64,000 nt of DNA from Strigamia acuminata (lineage: Eukaryota): assembly GCA_949358305.1 (NCBI GenBank), contig OX442314.1, positions 11,842,001 through 11,906,000 of the forward strand, in the 5' to 3' direction. Positions 59,486 to 64,000 of the stretch are shown here, in pieces. The notes below the pieces were generated by a model. It had not been told where the DNA came from, did no database searches, and worked only from the letters and a program-made list of their open reading frames with translations. A program made the position numbers and the translations under genes. Each line of letters starts with the position of its first letter. Position 1 is the stretch's first letter.

Positions 59486-62400
59486 TGTGACAAATTAGCA
59501 ATAGATGGCGCCACTAGTACTAGCGGCAAATTCAACCTCGAACTTACTATTTTACATAGAAATGGTTCACAAAACATATTGTTATGTTTGCTATGACTAA
59601 ATATAATTTAGATCGATAATATAAAGTTATATTATCAATACTCAATAAGACAAAGCAGGTATTCTTGCTTTATCACGGGTACGCGACCTGAAACCCATTT
59701 TCAGAATGTATTTCCGTTCTGTGTATCCATTTCCTGTCCCCGGTATCCCGTTCCGGTTTATGCTAAAAGATTAGCATAATCCCAATTTGCGTCTCCATAT
59801 CCACTTCCTGCGATACGAGATTGGTGGAACCTAATCCCACCGAGTATAAAACTCCCTGACAACAGGAAGTAAAGCTAGTTCTTGATTTCTGGTTATTTGG
59901 TATGTTCCGCATGTCAAATAACTGTTTCTTACTCAGGGCATGGGCCTACCGGTCCATGCATAGCATGGCTCTGCTGAGCCATGCAACCCCCGTCAACTGA
60001 AGGCGAAGTTCGGACTGTTAATGTTTCCGTCAAACGGTCTTGCCGAGGAGAAAGCCTCCCGCATAAGTATCCTCGTGGTCGGACAATAGAATCACGTGTG
60101 ATACCAAAGTATTTAGTAACCGTTAGTAGCACTGTTACTGAAAGAGATTGACTCCATCACTTGATGGTGCCAAAGCAGTCTGCATGCAAAACATGCAGTT
60201 ACCGCCAGTAGCACTATGTGTTTGGGAAAGTTATATCTCTTCGGTGATGGTGCCAAAGCAGTCTACTTATGAGTAGTATCTCGGGTGATTAATTCTGTTG
60301 TGCAGAACTGCGGGCTATATCCCCCTGAATACCAGTGCCGTCTCTCACCGCACTGTTATTTAGGGCACGCGCGATACTGTTCTGCTCAGCAAGGCGAACT
60401 TTGACGGCAATTGTGTGTTGCGATGTTTAACCTTTATTATATTTTGTAGTTGATAAATACACCCTAATTGTTTAAACTTGGCAACAAGTTAACAACCGAA
60501 GTAAGTCACGAGACTTATTTCACTGTATGACGAATCAAATTCGTGACAATAAATTGAATACAATTTATTGAGTTAATTTATTAAACTCACAACATCCCGA
60601 ATTAATTATAATTCAGAAGTGGAACCTTGAAGAATAAATGACTTCATTTATTCATTACCAATTTCCAACCCTAGTTGTGGCGGTGCACATGAGTCAACCG
60701 CACCTCTCGGATCGAACCAAGAAGCATTACACGATACGAACCAGGAACACGAAGGAGCGCGAAGGAACCAGTTTCACGATTACGGAGCGCCGACGGAAGC
60801 CGCGAGGACACAGCCAGCCCGGCTACGCGTAGATGACATCTTTAACTCGGTCGAGCGGGCGTTTTGCCGTTCCCGAACCCCGGATCACCAATAACCGTAA
60901 TCATATTATTTTAGGGCTGTTCCACAGCCAATTATTTGTATAGTTTAACTTGTAAATTAACTTGCCAAATGTCGGCATTAGAATTTGTATAACTTTTAGA
61001 TTTGATTCTATTGTTTGACAACAATAAATGTTATGTTTTGAGAAACTTGTTGTCTTTATTTTATCTCGTATTATTCACTATTTCACGCGACTTATACCCG
61101 GTACTATCATGCGATAAGGAGTTGTGGTCGTCACCGTCACACGTGGAGGTCCCACCGAGATAGGTTGCAAAGTTTAAATTTACCGAATTTAATAGAAAGT
61201 GAAAATTGAGATAAATAAAGATTATAACATTTTGAAACGAATTATATATTTCTACTTTTACGAAGTAAGAAAATGTCTTTAAAAACGTTGGAATTCATAA
61301 GAATATCTAACATTAAAGGGAATGTTATGTTGTGTTATAAAACACTCCAACAATTGAAAGAATTTATTTTCTAAATTTTCACGGAAGGTCTGTAAAAACA
61401 GTTTCAATGTTGATTGAATATTTTCGAAAGAATTATCCAATCAATAACGAGATTGACCAGACCAAAGTGCGGACGTAGTAGAAAACTACTGTAAGTAAAG
61501 GATTAGTCTCCATTTTATCATTGGATAAAAAGATTTTCCACCAATAAAGTATCGAGGGATTAAAGGATTATCGATCCTCGATACCACGCGGATCCAGACT
61601 GCAGAGGACCATTCGTATCCAGACCAGACCCGCGTACACGTGTTCCAGTAGCCATCTTGACCACGCCGTCCCGTTTAGTCCCGATTCGAAATTTCCACGC
61701 CGTAGACCAGCAAAGTTAAGTGTATTCCATCTACTATTCTAATAATAGTTTAAAGCGTATTTCTTTCCAAACGCTAGTTTACCTGTAGAAGATTTCGTTT
61801 GATTTTGTTCTAGTTTGATAATAGTTTAACGCGTATTAAACCACGCGAAATTTAATTTTCTTTTGTTTAAAGTTTGTCGATAGTTTAACACGTTTAACCA
61901 CCGCGTGGAGTTTAAGCTTAACCTTATCGAAGTGTATTGTTATTTTGAAGTGTATATTTTATAAAGTGTGTTATCGTTCTTTAGTAATAAAGAATTTAAA
62001 ACTTTTATTATGTCTGACGAAAACATTCATATGAATGAACTCGAAGACCAAACGGATTTAATTCCGGACGATTTAACAGAGTATTGTCAACTCTATAATC
62101 TGAATCGGGTTGATTTCAAAACAATAACCGAAGCGGTTAATCATGTACGCGTACTTGAGAAAAGAAATCAGAGAATTAGACCCGATGAAGATGAAGATTC
62201 GGAGAACGAAAGTCGGCATTCGCGGACTTCACACCGAACCCCACGGAAAACGATTCCCACGAATCGTAAGCTGGACTTTCCCTCTCCTAAAAAGAGGTTG
62301 GGATATCAAGCCCGGATAGGGTCGACTCCCCAGCTAAACGATAGAATGGTACGCGAGCCATCGTTTAGCCGATCCCGTAGTCAACAAAGTTCTGGACAAA

Positions 62401-64000
62401 GAACACCCAGTTCTAATAGTCCTTTAAATCTAGCCAAACCAAGGTCTAGATCGACTAGTGTTAATCGAATGATTAACAATAGTAATTCGGGTTTTATCCC
62501 CCAAACTTCAGGGAATAGACAAAATGTCTCCCAAAACTCGGGACATAGACAGTATGTTACTCCAACATCTGGAAATAGACATTATGCCCCTCCGACACCG
62601 GGGAAAGGACAGTTTGTCCCCCCAACGCAGTCAAAAAGAGTGTCAAATCGAACTCCAAGGAGATCCGATCCGATCTCACCGTCCCCCGTTATTCAAAATT
62701 TACCGGCGGGAAGAACTCGTTCAAATCAGACACCCCCAGAACGTGTACAAAATAAAAGTAGTGTTCCACATGGACAACATGTACCATCTGGCAATCATAC
62801 ACAGCATGAAAATTATGTTCCTCCGAGGAGAGAAATCCCCCAGGACAATCAGGTCCCTAAGGGAAATCTGCCCAATTTTGAACAAAATTCTGGTTCGGCA
62901 TCCTCCGCTGGTAGTTCATCTCAAGCGAGATTTTCTACCGACGACTTGGGAACCATCCTTACCTATGTGCGAAATATTCAAACTGATTGTGCACAGCAAG
63001 TACAACAATTTATGCAGAATAATGCACAGCAAAATAATAATGCAAACAATTCAAATAAAACCTTTTTCAAAGGTCAAGATATGCCTGTTTTTGATGGAAA
63101 ACAGAAGGACGTGGCTAAATTTTTAGCTACAGCCAAAACAGTCGCTGTCGCTAAAGGTTTAACTCTAGATGAGATGGTAAAACGCGGAATACCAACTTAT
63201 TTATCTGGTATAGCCCACGAATGGCATACCGATAACCTCGACAAATTTGTTGACTGGAAAACTTTCGAAAAGATGTTTTTGGCGGAGTTTGACATGATCC
63301 CTGTCACCCGAGCCCGAAAGCTTCGAAATTTAATCCAGGGCCCAGAAGAGCCACTCTATACATTTCTTTTGAGATTTAAACAAGCTCAAGGATCTTATTC
63401 AAAAAGAGATGAAGCTCCTACTCTTCTCGAGAATTTGAACTTAGTTAGTTACAATCGAATAATCGATAGAGGTCTCTATGAAGAATCATTTAATGACATA
63501 TTTCAATTTGTCCGACAAAATAGGGCCCTTTTTGAAGCCCAAAATGCTAGTGTGGACACTATTGCCAATAAAGAGGACGAAACTGTCCCGTCAAATACTC
63601 AAAAAGGTAAAGACGCCAGGAGTTCGCGCCCACTCATACGCTCTACTCAGACGTTGAACGCCGAACCAGAAGTTGTACCTATGGAATCTGACGAGACAGA
63701 CAATCTTGAAAACGATGTTGGATTCAGCAACATGGTATGTGCCCTATCGGAGAAAGCAACTGGAAAATGTTTCCATTGCAATCAACCAGGACACTTTAAG
63801 AGGGAATGTCCTTTGTTACAAAAAAGAAAATTTGTTCAGGACAAGCCCCAAGGTACTGGTAATAATACCAATTCCAATCCCACCTCTGATCTTTTTAAAC
63901 GACAGAGGCAAAATTGGGTGACCGCTGAATCTTTGGACCAAAAACTTGAAGACTTCAAAACTACTATGCAAACTAGTATGACAAAATCCATGTCGGACTT
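59486..64000 (+). mobile_element. Ty3/gypsy-type LTR retrotransposon, 5' part (LTR 59486-61141, PBS 61144-61161)
   Basis: TGTGAC..GTCACA termini; 18-nt PBS TGGAGGTCCCACCGAGAT complementary to the tRNA-Gln 3' end; downstream gag ORF. The LTR start is less certain than its end. Confidence 0.88.
62010..64000 (+). CDS. Gag (open to the window end; missing from the ORF track)
   Basis: Open frame from ATG 62010; capsid motifs MPVFDG..FL..LSGIAHEW..WKTFEKMFLAEF..QGPEE; CCHC knuckle CFHCNQPGHFKREC. Confidence 0.9.
   Translation, partial: MSDENIHMNELEDQTDLIPDDLTEYCQLYNLNRVDFKTITEAVNHVRVLEKRNQRIRPDEDEDSENESRHSRTSHRTPRKTIPTNRKLDFPSPKKRLGYQARIGSTPQLNDRMVREPSFSRSRSQQSSGQRTPSSNSPLNLAKPRSRSTSVNRMINNSNSGFIPQTSGNRQNVSQNSGHRQYVTPTSGNRHYAPPTPGKGQFVPPTQSKRVSNRTPRRSDPISPSPVIQNLPAGRTRSNQTPPERVQNKSSVPHGQHVPSGNHTQHENYVPPRREIPQDNQVPKGNLPNFEQNSGSASSAGSSSQARFSTDDLGTILTYVRNIQTDCAQQVQQFMQNNAQQNNNANNSNKTFFKGQDMPVFDGKQKDVAKFLATAKTVAVAKGLTLDEMVKRGIPTYLSGIAHEWHTDNLDKFVDWKTFEKMFLAEFDMIPVTRARKLRNLIQGPEEPLYTFLLRFKQAQGSYSKRDEAPTLLENLNLVSYNRIIDRGLYEESFNDIFQFVRQNRALFEAQNASVDTIANKEDETVPSNTQKGKDARSSRPLIRSTQTLNAEPEVVPMESDETDNLENDVGFSNMVCALSEKATGKCFHCNQPGHFKRECPLLQKRKFVQDKPQGTGNNTNSNPTSDLFKRQRQNWVTAESLDQKLEDFKTTMQTSMTKSMSD

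Noticed and set aside
61144..61161. tRNA-like sequence
   Set aside because: Only the 18-nt primer-binding complement, not a tRNA gene.

Overview
Eukaryotic, AT-rich animal DNA with mostly ~55-70 bp GT-AG introns, so the ORF track shows exon fragments; an arthropod is likely but that is inference. Left part (1-22.9 kb), a compact housekeeping block: DNMT1 (partial, apparently lacking its CXXC finger), NOP53, LYST, a divergent homeobox gene, a Schlafen/AlbA_2-like gene and fumarase, arranged as three head-to-head pairs. Middle (22.9-44.1 kb): a tandem duplication of a cassette of PARP1 plus a divergently transcribed, uncharacterised gene with a single coding exon and a BC-box-like start. One PARP1 copy is canonical. 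The other has an exact in-frame deletion of the BRCT domain, acceptor-site substitutions and an excess of amino-acid changes, with no stop or frameshift seen. The duplicated unit also holds an intact Mag-type Ty3/gypsy element nested in a DINE-1/HINE-like element, and a Mutator-like element carrying an MLH3 endonuclease-motif fragment. Right part (44-64 kb): another BC-box-like paralog, exportin-5 and RNF216-like pseudogene fragments, a tandem micro-ORF family, an intact hAT transposon, a ~1.65 kb solo LTR, and the 5' LTR/PBS/gag of a related LTR element that runs off the window. All assignments come from by-eye translation and recalled motifs; no searches were run.
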